Shown here: one piece after another, positions 13,187 through 25,527 of the stretch
Position numbering within the stretch: the first letter of the stretch is position 1
Layout: the number at the start of each line of letters is the position of its first letter
Origin: Bugula neritina
Taxonomy: Eukaryota > Animalia > Bryozoa
Reading direction: 5' to 3'
DNA length: 64,000 nt
Assembly (NCBI GenBank): GCA_964035545.1
Contig: OZ037766.1
Coordinates: 24,234,126 to 24,298,125, forward strand
Notes under the pieces: generated by a model
What the model was told of the DNA's origin: nothing
Database searches by the model: none
The model's input: the letters and a program-made list of their open reading frames with translations, nothing else
Translations under genes and position numbers: made by a program

Positions 13187-14091
13187 ATGAAATATTAATT
13201 TAACAACATTTTAAATTATATACAATAATCAACACATTATAGCTATTTACTCTAATACGGAATGGATTGTCAGCTTTATAACAGGTTATATTATGTAATT
13301 TTGACAAATTTTTTATTTATAATTCATGTGATATTTTCAATTAAGTTTGAGGGTGGAATGATATTTCAGAGACTTGTAATAATTGCCAACACCTAGTACT
13401 TTTAAAGTAGACATAAGCTAACAGTGATGTGGTTGATAACGCTATAATTAGCCAACAAATAGCCGACTCTGGTTTTTGAGTTTTGCTAGTGTAAAAGCTA
13501 TATTTTAATAATTAGAACAGACAGCCGTAATAAAAAGTACATTATTTAGACAGGATCACAGATGTCCAGATGAGAAAGTTATAATAAATAATTGTAGACG
13601 ACTTCTCAGGCACTCACACCATTAGTTGAGAGCTGGAGAGTTCTTAGACAAATAATAGATACTAGCTAGGGTGAAGGGTTGCAAATCACAATTAAACAAT
13701 GTTAAGCTGCACTTTGATTTTTGAGACCAGAATTAGCTATTATAATATATTTTATTAATTGCTGTGCACATGCTGTTTTGATATCTATAATTCTAAAGGG
13801 TCACAAAATACTTTCTCTCAACTTTCTATATAGTCAGAATAATTACAGATGCCTATAAATTGTTATTAAGTTACGCAATATAATTATTAGGATAACGTTT
13901 CATAAAAACCTACCTGAATCTTGTAGTGGGAGATTCATGTTACGTTTACTCTTAGCAGCAACGGCACCTTTACGGCCCGACTGACTTCCATCTCTAGAGT
14001 TAGTGAGACTTAGTCTATTTCCCTCTCTAGATGCTATGAGTCTTGGTCTACTGTTTTCCCTTGATATAACAGGGCGATTTTCATCCATCAT
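9215..14091 (-). CDS. Cyclic nucleotide-binding domain protein (CNBD2-like), N-terminal five exons; remainder presumably left of window
   Basis: Exons 14091-13914, 12774-12539, 11507-11434, 10975-10849, 9378-9215 join in frame (phases 1,0,2,0): ...PIVYFRKVVKFVIVFTKWIKAL...AFDAKEYQYKKEILLSADVREILNQHPTLRTKEQVQLAKYGLQHVQSFSEYPLHMQEKLATVAYFQE. This resembles the helical segment preceding the first cNMP-binding domain of CNBD1/2-type proteins (recognised from memory). Confidence 0.65.
12030..12305 (+). mobile_element. Solo LTR (276 bp) in CNBD2-like intron
   Basis: TGTAATGG...ACAACA termini, perfect 4-bp TSD CTAC (12026-12029 and 12306-12309), internal AATAAA at 12208-12213. Confidence 0.8.
13086..13186. 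repeat. (TA)n microsatellite
   Basis: Directly visible. Confidence 0.95.
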
Positions 14092-15466
14092 GCAATAGGT
14101 TTAGTAAATCCTGATTGTTATTGAATTTGTGAAAGAGCAAATAAATATTTCAAGCTACTTCAATATAATTTTATACCAAATATAAAAATAAACTCAATCT
14201 AGCCTGTTGTTAGTTTTCAGGTATGTTTCAAAGTGAGTTGCTAGGGTAAGGGTGAATAGTTCGTAACAAATCAATCTTTTCACAGTTGTTACATTATCAA
14301 TTATTATGAAAAACAATAAATTGCATTGTTTGTATTGAGTGAGTATTATATAAACGACTTAATTCAATAGGTCTGTAATTTCTACTCCTTCTATAATAAT
14401 TACATTATATGCGGTATGCACAAAGCAAACATTTAAAACAAATGATTGTAGCAGCTTTATAATTTGCAAAAGGCTGAATTGAACATTTGAAGGGTTTCAA
14501 AATGTTAGCATGTGTATTCAGACTGCAACTCAAAGCTCTGCTTCTATTTTAAATACCCATTGCTAATACAAAGTATGATTTTTAAAGTTCCTGTTAAATT
14601 GTACAAATTTGATTTTATATAGCTTATGATATAAAAAATGCCCGTTTCTCTGCTCAAAATAAGTAATTTAGAGTCTCTCCTGCATTATCACCATAGAGCC
14701 TTTGATCTGACCAGCATTCAGAGCAGTCTGTCATAAATGTAACTTTAAAATTTAAACAATCAACTGTTGATTGCAATTAGTAAGCTGCAAATAAGAAATT
14801 TGAACTTTGAATGAGCGGAACAACATATTTGCTAACTGTAAATTAATTATTTGGGCATAATAGTCATTACGCTGCTGTGAAAGTAAACAAGCTAAAATAA
14901 GGAAGACATAAAAGCATGCATATTAAATTTTATTTAGTGAGCAAAATTTCAATATAAATAAATTACTAAACAAATCATTGACCAAAGGGTATAAAATATA
15001 CAAATATCCCAAATAAACAAACACAAGTTAATCTTTAAACATTCAAAATACTGATTATATTTTAAATTTTTGTGAAACAATTTTAGATCAAAGCATTTTT
15101 TAAAGTTATCAATTTTTTGATATGTTGGCAGTAGCACACATGCAAGCAAAATTATTTATTTTACAATAATTACTGCTTGCACAAAAAGAAAATTTTTAAA
15201 ACACAATATTTTTTCTCTCAAAATAATATATATTATTATTGCTAGTTTTAAAGCATAGATTAGAGAGCAAATGTAAGTAAACGATATTAATTTTATTGTA
15301 TTCATTCGGTAAATCAAAATGCCTTGTTGGGGATATAGATATAGCATCTAATTAAACTTAGCAGCCTATAAAATGTTTCCCAGCTGGTGTTGCACCAGAT
15401 GAAGTTGATTGCAATAGGGGGCATAGCATGTTGGAAACTTCTTTTCTAAGAAGGTTAGTCTGGGCA

Positions 15467-18400
15467 CTATTTTCCTGCAACAGAAAATAAGTTTCAAGTC
15501 ATAATACAACATATTTTAAGTTTGTATGTAAAATTAGTGCTGTTCAAGTCCATCTCAAAAGGTTCCATTGCTTAAGTAAAAACCTCTGAAAAAAATGGCC
15601 CAACTTTGTGCTAACTTCTAAAAATTCAACATAATTGAATGAGCAGGACCTTGTGGTAAATCAAAAATTTACAGTTATGCTTATGAATATGCAACATATC
15701 TAGCAAAGGAGATCTGTAATAAACATAACAGGAAATAGTTTTGACCTTACCTGCTTTCCAAGCCTTAGCTCCAGCAAATTGAGGACCAGAAGCAGGGGTC
15801 TGCTTCTCACTTAGAGTCTGTCGTTTATCTTTGTTTTCCACAATAAGTATGTCATCAGGAGAGCGGCCTTTCAGATTGGAGGATGTTGTTTGACCTTCAC
15901 CTTCCTCAGGCTGGCTGCTAGCAGGTTTTTCTGGCTTGTCGTAGCTAATCGTTGGCATTCCATCACCACCACCTGTAGCACTTGTAGCACCTGTAGCACC
16001 TGTAGTTGAAGGTGTTGAGTTGTGGTAAGTGATGATTGGCATCCCATCACCGCCCTCAACAGGGGCGTCTGAGGAATTGCAACTTGTGGCTGGCACATCA
16101 TCATCATTCTTAGCTGGAACACCTTCATTCGGATTGTAGTGGGTTATGGTGGGCATACCATCACCTTCCTTAGCATCCACATTGGTGGTTTGAGGAGAAT
16201 GATAGCTAATGGTTGGCATACCATCACTATTGTCTTCCTTTTCGGTTGCGGCAGAAGGGACATCGTAGTCGATGGCTGGAAGATTAGCACTTTCATCAGC
16301 AGGGGCAGGAGGTGGAGGGAAACCATCATTGATCTCCTCATTCTCTTCTGTAACGTAAGTTGGGTTATCATGTGATTCTTTCGTTGAAGCCTGCAGAAGA
16401 AAACAATAAAGTTGCAAATGTACTCCCATTTGAAGCAAGGTTGCTTAAAAACAACTTGTATATTAGTAAGATTGCCAGATATAACATGGCTATGTCCTAA
16501 ATACAGTTTCAGGGTTTTATACCCAAGCAAGTTGTAGCTATAGTTATAGTTATGGCATTATAGTATCGATCAGTTTAAATGTAAACTAAACACAATTTGA
16601 AATTGAAACTGGTTTTACTTTTATATTCCAATTGCATTTTACTTGATTAGTAAAGTTATTTTAATTGAACATAAGAGTAATAATACTCACAGTTATTACA
16701 TTGTCAATTTGATTTTGATATTTACTAATGTCTAATATGCAGTTATATTATTAGTGTATAATGCCAGAGTAATAAATTATGTTGGATAAATATGCCATCT
16801 TTCCCTAGAGTTGGTTAAATGAAACTAGGCTTAGGTACAATGACTTGAGACCATTTTGTATTTCTATTAAGTTGCTTTCTACCTACATATGGCTTTTCAC
16901 TATGGGGTTTTAGTTTCACATCATGGCTATTGGGTATCATACTACATGTCCATTAATTAGTATAGATGAACATCCCTTACGTACCTCATCCTTGGCCACC
17001 GACGTCACGTCATCAGACTTGTCCACAGTCTTCATCAGCAGAACATTAGATGACTTCAGATTCTCCTCATCACCTACCAAAATAAAATAAATAATTTATT
17101 CAACATATGAACTACTTGTTCTTTATTAGAAGTGGCCACCAAATTTTAATCGCACCTATACCATTTGATTATATATGAGTTAATTTACTTAATTTAGTAC
17201 AGACTCGAAATCTCCAGTTATTGGCTTTTTTTCACAATTTAACTGCTAATAAATATGGATTTTTGCCCAAAAATAATAAAATACCAATAAATACACCTAA
17301 ATAATCAAACTTATTTTTAATTTTGCTTAATTCCCTATGTTTTTTTTCTAAGTTTTTAGCTAATTTTGATTTCGGACAATCACGGTTTTTGTGTGACGGC
17401 CCGCAATCCAAATTAGAAAAAAACATGGGAAATCAAGCAAAAATAAAAAGAAGTTCGATTAATTTAATATATAGATATAGATATAAAAAAGCACTAAGTA
17501 AAGCAAAAGTCCGCTTTGATATGCGGAGATGCTCACTAACCAACACACTATAATGTTACTGATTTTACAAAATGACACAGTCAAAATGGCAAGGGTAATA
17601 ATGGCACAGGTAAAGATGGCACAAATGGAAAAGTAGGTAAAAATAGCACACTAATGTCAAATCTCCCAAATCCCGAAACTCAAACCCAAAACTCAAACTC
17701 CAAACCCTCCTTCCCAAGCCCAAACCCCCACCCACAAACCTAAACCCCCATTGAAAATGTGCCATTTTTACCTACTTTGTTACCATATTACTTGATCAAA
17801 GGCATTTTGTCTGAGCAGATACTTCAAATTTTTAGCAAGCATAATGTGTGGCTCAAGATTATTTAAGACAGTTTTTCATACCAGTTTTAACTTTTTTTCT
17901 GCAGCAGACAGTTGCAAGAATTACTACAAGGAAAAAAAGACCAGTAGAGCCTCCAATAATTGCAGCTATGACTGGACCATCCATCTCTTTACAATTCTCT
18001 CCTTTCCAGCCATACGGACATCTGTAATAGAAGAGCACAAAATTTATATTTATATTATTTACAAATCACAGATTTACTAACTGATAATATGTAACCTTAA
18101 TGAAATTCCGTAGAACACAGGCTAAAATTTGCTCTCAAAAGTGGATTGAGTCACTTTAGATTTAGGGGATAGCACAGATTTCTAATATTTGAATTAGCCC
18201 TAATAAAACTATTACTTTTGTTTATTATTACTAAGTAAGCTTTCGGTGATAAAGCTGTGAAAAGCTTTCAAACAGTTGAATAGCTAGTTTTTCTATTTCT
18301 TTATTAGTGAAAACGTTGACAAATATGTTTCTATATTATGCCCTTTATCTTTTGAAAAAACATTGTAAGAAAATGCAAAAAGCGACCAAGTGCAAACTTG

Positions 18401-21400
18401 CAAATGTAGCAATAGCCCACTTTAATGTGAAAAACAAAAGACCAACAAATAAGAACCGTGGACACGCATTACCATAGATTGATTAATAAATTAGAGTAAG
18501 TATTATAATTAATTACCCAGCAGGCTTTTTGCTCAGAGTTTTGGGAACTTTGGTTGTTGATCCTGGCCTACATAAATATAACAGCAAAAGTAAATTAATA
18601 ACAAGTGTGTTCCAAAAATATTCACATTCAATGAAATCTCACACAGTTCAAAATATGTCATTTTAGCTCACAAGAAGCAATCTCTGGTACATATATGGTA
18701 TATATGAACAGGTCTGAACAGCATAAATATTTAATGAAACATTGAAAACTATAAGTGCGACTTGATCATCATTTGCTTTCTGTGTTACCGAATATGAATT
18801 GCCCCTCTGTGTACATCATAAAAATTGTGTAAATTTTAAAATGTAAAACTAGAAAAAATGTGTGCACGTGAGAGTTGTGATTTGAAAACGCTAGGTAGTT
18901 TTTCTATGTTTGTTTCTACTATTGAACTAGTCAGCTATGAAGTATAAAAACTGTCATGCAAGTCAGGGTAACTCTTCAACCCAAATACTAAGAGTTAAAT
19001 AAACTGTAAGCTAGTAATCACAATCAAACTTTAAAAATCAAATACATACTTTGGAGTGAGAAATTCTCTTTCTTGAACCACAAAAAGCAGAGAGATGTTA
19101 TTCAACTTTTCCTGATCTAAAGTGATAGAGGCTGTAGATGCGTTTAAACTTTGCAAGACTGTTACATTTACACCCAACAGCTGTTGGCTTGTCAAATTAG
19201 CCAATCCATTTGCTTTAACAGACGATATAGCATTATTTAAATTATTCTTAATGGCTAGAGCGAGCTTGCTGTTAGCGGTGAGGGTTGTAGGGGTATCGAC
19301 TGACAATGCTTGAGAGAAAGCCCTCTTCTGACGAGAGACCACCAGTTGCTTGACGTCACGTTTTTTTCGACTTGGAGAGTTTTGGAAAGCATACTGACCA
19401 GTGCAGGTGTAATTTTCTACAGATGCCGATGAACATTCAGTTGGGTCAGCATTTTCCTCTTCTACATAATACTGGCTCAACTGAAAATAGAAATTAAAAC
19501 AAAATTAATAAAGAAAATTGCAACACCGCCCCATCAAAACTTTAATTTTTAACACAATCAAATATAATTATTATGACATGAGATAACAGTATAAGCTTTA
19601 TATATGACAAATTTAGAGATGTAAAACCGTAGGCAAAACTAAAAGCGGCGTATAACTATGGTGGAAAATTGGATGTCTTTCAAAGCAGAACATATGCAAC
19701 GGAATCCCACTTAAAATACAATCATTTCTGCTTGCTGATTTTTATCTTAGCATATTTTCTATTGGTTTGATGGGGCAATAAGTTGCAATAAATGAAAATA
19801 TTTTTGAACTAGATAAAATGGCAACTGGGAATTTTTAGAAGAAAAAGTTTGAAACTGTGGTAGTTGCTAGCAAAGTTATTATAATTGATTGATAATATTT
19901 TAGAAAAACAGCATTTTACTTTAGCACACATTTTTAGATACCTATAGTAAAATATGGTTCTAGTTTTTTACTTTGGGGTGCAATGAGTAAATTTCAAACA
20001 ACTTCTTACCGGAGAAAAGATGAAAGGCAATCTGCTTATTCATACTTATCTAGCCATAGACTATTTCATTAAAAGGTGTATTTTTGAAACCCATTTCAAT
20101 TAACAAAAGCCTTTTTCAAGCACATGCATTAGCCTGAATGGGAAAGTTTTATCAATTTGATTGGAAGCCAAAAATGAAAAAGACTGGCAAAATTATTACG
20201 TTCTATTAGTAAAAAGAAAGACATCCACTATTTGAATAAAAATGAAAGAATGTGACACAAGAAAAAATGTGAAATTTAGCAGTTGAATATTTCAACAAAC
20301 TCTTTATTATAATAGCTGTTAAACTCACCGTTTTCAACATAGCTGTCCTGTAAATGATTTGATTTAGATAAGACATGTTTTGTTCATTTGCAAGACTGTT
20401 GATAACTAAGACATGTGTGAACTTTGCCACACTTTCTCTAGAAACCTCTGCAGGAGCTTGTGTTTCGTTTGTTTCAAAAATTTTAGTTGTCGTCTCTGAT
20501 CTTGTTGCTGTTGTTGTCTCTGGTTTTTCAGCTGCTGTTGCTTCTGGTTTTTTAGCCGTTGTCGTCTCAGATTCTTTAGCTGTTGTCGTCTCAGATTCTT
20601 TAGCCGTTGTTGTCTCAGTTTCTTTAGCTGTTGTTGTCTCAGTTTTTTTAGCTGTTGTCGTCTCTGGTTCTTTAGCTGTTGTCGTCTCAGTTCCTTTAGC
20701 CGTTGTCGTCTCAGTTTCTTTAGCTGTTGTCGTCTCAGTTTCTTTAGCTGTTGTTGTCTCTGGTTCTTTAGCCGTTGTCGTCTCAGTTTCTTTAGCTTTT
20801 GTCGTCTCTGGTTCTTTAGCTGTTGTCGTCTCAGTTTCTTTAGCGGTTGTCGTCTCAGATTCTTTAGCTGTTGTTGTCTCAGTTTCTTTAGCTGTTGTCG
20901 TCTCTGGTTCTTTAGCTGTTGTCGTCTCAGTTCCTTTAGCCGTTGTCGTCTCAGTTTCTTTAGCTGTTGTCGTCTCAGTTTCTTTAGCTGTTGTTGTCTC
21001 TGGTTCTTTAGCTTTTGTCGTCTCTGGTTCTTTAGCTGTTGTCGTCTCAGTTTCTTTAGCGGTTGTCGTCTCAGATTCTTTAGCCGTTGTCGTCTCAGAT
21101 TCTTTAGCTGTTGTTGTCTCAGTTTCTTTAGCTGTTGTCGCCTCAGTTTCTTTAGCTGTTGTTGTTTCTGATTCTTTAGCGGTTGTCGTCTTAGTTTCTT
21201 TAGCTGTTGTCGTCTCTGGTTCTTTAGCTGTTGTCGTCTCAGTTTCTTTAGCTGTTGTAGTCTCAGTTTTTTTAGCGGTTGTTGTCTCAGTTTCTTTAGC
21301 TGTTGTCGTCTCTGGTTCTTTAGCTGTTGTCGTCTCAGTTTCTTTAGCTGTTGTCGTCTCTGGTTCTTTAGCAGTTGTCGTCTCAGTTTCTTTAGCCGTT

Positions 21401-24400
21401 GTCGTCTCAGATTCTTTAGCTGTTGTCGTCTCAGATTCTTTAGCTGTTGTCGTCTCAGTTTCTTTAGCTGTAGTTGTTTCTGGTTTTTTAACCGTTGTCG
21501 TCTCAGTTTCTTTAGCTGTTGTCGTCTCTGGTTCTTTAGCAGTTGTCGCCTCAGTTTCTTTAGCCGTTGTCGTCTCAGATTCTTTAGCCGTTGTCGTCTC
21601 AGTTTCTTTAGCTGTTGTCGTCTCTGGTTCTTTAGCTGTTGTCGTCTCAGATTCTTTAGCTGTTGTTGTCTCAGCTTCTTTAGCTGTTGTCGTCTCAGTT
21701 TCTTTAGCTGTAGTTGTTTCTGGTTTTTTAGCCGTTGTCGTCTCAGTTTCTTTAGCTGTTGTCGTCTCAGTTTCTTTAGCTGTTGTTGTCTCTGGTTCTT
21801 TAGCCGTTGTCGTCTCAGTTTCTTTAGCTTTTGTCGTCTCTGGTTCTTTAGCTGTTGTCGTCTCAGTTTCTTTAGCGGTTGTCGTCTCAGATTCTTTAGC
21901 TGTTGTTGTCTCAGTTTCTTTAGCTGTTGTCGTCTCTGGTTCTTTAGCTGTTGTCGTCTCAGTTTCTTTAGCTGTTGTCGTCTCAGTTTTTTTAGCGGTT
22001 GTTGTCTCAGTTTCTTTAGCTGTTGTCGTCTCTGGTTCTTTAGCTGTTGTCGTCTCAGTTTCTTTAGCTGTTGTCGTCTCTGGTTCTTTAGCAGTTGTCG
22101 TCTCAGTTTCTTTAGCCGTTGTCGTCTCAGATTCTTTAGCTGTTGTCGTCTCAGATTCTTTAGCTGTTGTCGTCTCAGTTTCTTTAGCTGTAGTTGTTTC
22201 TGGTTTTTTAACCGTTGTCGTCTCAGTTTCTTTAGCTGTTGTCGTCTCTGGTTCTTTAGCAGTTGTCGCCTCAGTTTCTTTAGCCGTTGTCGTCTCAGAT
22301 TCTTTAGCCGTTGTCGTCTCAGTTTCTTTAGCTGTTGTCGTCTCTGGTTCTTTAGCTGTTGTCGTCTCAGATTCTTTAGCTGTTGTTGTCTCAGCTTCTT
22401 TAGCTGTTGTCGTCTCAGTTTCTTTAGCTGTAGTTGTTTCTGGTTTTTTAGCCGTTGTCGTCTCAGTTTCTTTAGCTGTTGTCGTCTCTGGTTCTTTAGC
22501 TGTTGTCGTCTCTGGTTCTTTAGCAGTTGTCGTCTCAGTTTCTTTAGCCGTTGTCGTCTCAGATTCTTTAGCTGTTGTTGTCTCAGTTTCTTTAGCTGTT
22601 GTCGCCTCAGTTTCTTTAGCCGTTGTCGTCTCAGATTCTTTAGCTGTTGTTGTCTCAGTTTCTTTAGCTGTAGTTGTTTCTGGTTTTTTAGCCGTTGTCG
22701 TCTCAGTTTCTTTAGCCATTGTCGTCTCAGTTTCTTTAGCTGTTGTTGTCTCAGATTCTTTAGCCGTTGTCGTCTCAGATTCTTCAGCGGTTGTCATTTC
22801 TGGTTCTTTAACTGTTGTTGTCTCTGATTCTTTAGCCGTTGTCATTTCAGTTTTTTTAACTGTTGTCGTCTCAAATTCTTTAGCCGTTGTCGTCTCAGTT
22901 TCTTTAGCTGTTGTCGTCTCTGGTTCTTTAGCTGTTGTCGTCTCAGATTCTTTAGCTGTTGTTGTCTCAGCTTCTTTAGCTGTTGTCGTCTCAGTTTCTT
23001 TAGCTGTAGTTGTTTCTGGTTTTTTAGCTGTTGTCGTCTCTGGTTCTTTAGCTGTTGTCGTCTCTGGTTCTTTAGCAGTTGTCGTCTCAGTTTCTTTAGC
23101 CGTTGTCGTCTCAGATTCTTTAGCTGTTGTTGTCTCAGTTTCTTTAGCTGTTGTCGTCTCAGTTTCTTTAGCCGTTGTCGTCTCAGATTCTTTAGCTGTT
23201 GTTGTCTCAGTTTCTTTAGCTGTAGTTGTTTCTGGTTTTTTAGCCATTGTCGTCTCAGTTTCTTTAGCTGTTGTCGTCTCAGTTTCTTTAGCAGTTGTCG
23301 TCTCAGATTCTTTAGCTGTTGTTGTCTCAGTTTCTTTAGCTGTAGTTGTTTCTGGTTTTTTAGCCGTTGTCGTCTCAGTTTCTTTAGCCATTGTCGTCTC
23401 AGTTTCTTTAGCTGTTGTCGTCTCAGATTCTTTAGCCGTTGTTGTCTCAGTTTCTTTAGCGGTTGTCATTTCTGGTTCTTTAACTGTTGTGTCTGGTTCT
23501 TTAGCCGTTGTCTCAGTTTTTTTAGCTGTTGTTGTTTCTGACTCTTTAGCCGTTGTCGTGTCAGATTCTTTAGCTGTTGTTGTCTCTGGTTTTTTAGCTG
23601 TTGTTGTCTCTGAGTTATTAGCTGTAGCAGTCTTTAGTTCTTTAACTGTAGTGGTCCCATCAACTGATGTGATTTCTAGTTCTGTAAAATTAAATAGAGG
23701 AACTAACATTATGAGTTATCAAGCAATGCCCTTAAAAAATCCCTGATACACTTCATTTATGCAGCAATAAAATATTCATATGTATCGTAACTATCTACAT
23801 ACTGTTGGAGGTTTTTTGTTTTATAATATTATACTTTACAGTGCAAACAACTCACGAATTGGTTTGAGGTTTCTAACCGCTTCCTGATGACAGTTTCAGT
23901 CACCTTCAAAAGTTTGTGAGTTTATCAAACTAATAATTATCATTGATAACTTTTATGGCCGGCTATTTTCAGCTGCTGCAACACACAATTCAATAATTGA
24001 GCTGGCTTGAAACTTAAATTTTGAACTTTCATGTCAGCTCAGCATATGAGCGGCGTGTTGCAGCAGCTGATAACATTGTGCAATGAAAGTTAGCAATAAC
24101 TATTATTAGCTTTATGTCACCACTGACTTCAAAAGTGACTGAAAAACGTCATCAAAAAGAGAAAAAATAAAAAATACATCATTCCAATAAATAAACAAGG
24201 CAAAAGGACAAAAGGTGAACCCATTTAGCAATTAGCATACTGCATACACCTTATTCTCAAACAGAACTAGTGCTGATATTACCTAAGAGATACTTTACAT
24301 TTGAAATTATGCTTCTTTAGAATGAAATTTATCAATATTTTCAACTTTTAAACCAACTTTTGATAAAATTTTATGTTTCTATCAATAAAAAGGTTTAAAA

Positions 24401-25219
24401 CTTTTGCAATTACTTTAGCAATGACGTTAGTTTTGTGAAGTGATGAGCCAACAGTAAAAAAGAAATAACTTTCAAAAGACACTTTATTTGCATGCACAGA
24501 GGATTAGTACCTAGTACAAGTAAAAATAGGAACTTCAGCATTCAGATAGCAGAATTAAAACACATAAAAATGATTTTGTTGCTACTTACCACTCTGTTTA
24601 TTGGCTGTAGTATTTGCAGGAGACGCCATAACTGAAAATAACAAAAATTACAACTCTGAAATCCATTTTACTTCAAATCCAGAAATTGTAAAAGAAACTG
24701 GGATAACAATAAAAAGGGCTAAAGAGAATGCAAACTGACATTTCCTGGAAACCTAGAGCTGTTCTCTAACTATAAATTCTAGATTAACTGTCGATCACCA
24801 TCACCGGCCTAGTTCAATATGATGTCCAACAAACGGTAGGAATCTACACTTATTAAATTATGAAAACTAAAAAAGTGCATAAAACAGTCAACTTTTATAT
24901 GTTAGCATTGCAAAGTAACTGAAGCATTGTTAAAAGTGACAATAAGGTTGCCTTTAAGTCCTAACAAAATTAGATTGTAAAATCTAATTTCTATGCAAAT
25001 ACAAAATGATTCAATTATTGGTGTGAAACAAACAACAAGATCAAAACTGCTGGCTTCCTGAGCAACTTCATTTTCTATAGACCTCTTTGTAAAGTATGTT
25101 AGACCTTTCAAATAGTCAACCTAAACTCCATACCGAATACATTATGTCAATACAAGAAAAAAACAATTTTGCTAAATAAACCTATTTAAAACCACTATCA
25201 CAATAATAACTATTGTTTT

Positions 25220-25295
<76 letters not shown>

Positions 25296-25312
25296 ATATA
25301 TATATATATGTG

Positions 25313-25348
<36 letters not shown>

Positions 25349-25367
25349 TGTATATATATGTATATGT

Positions 25368-25445
<78 letters not shown>

Positions 25446-25451
25446 ATATGT

Positions 25452-25527
<76 letters not shown>

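Noticed and set aside
20375-23746. 1123-aa + strand ORF (LAVVVSVS)n
   Set aside because: Antisense shadow of the mucin repeat; the unit simply lacks stops in that frame, while the minus strand has proper splice sites and gene context.
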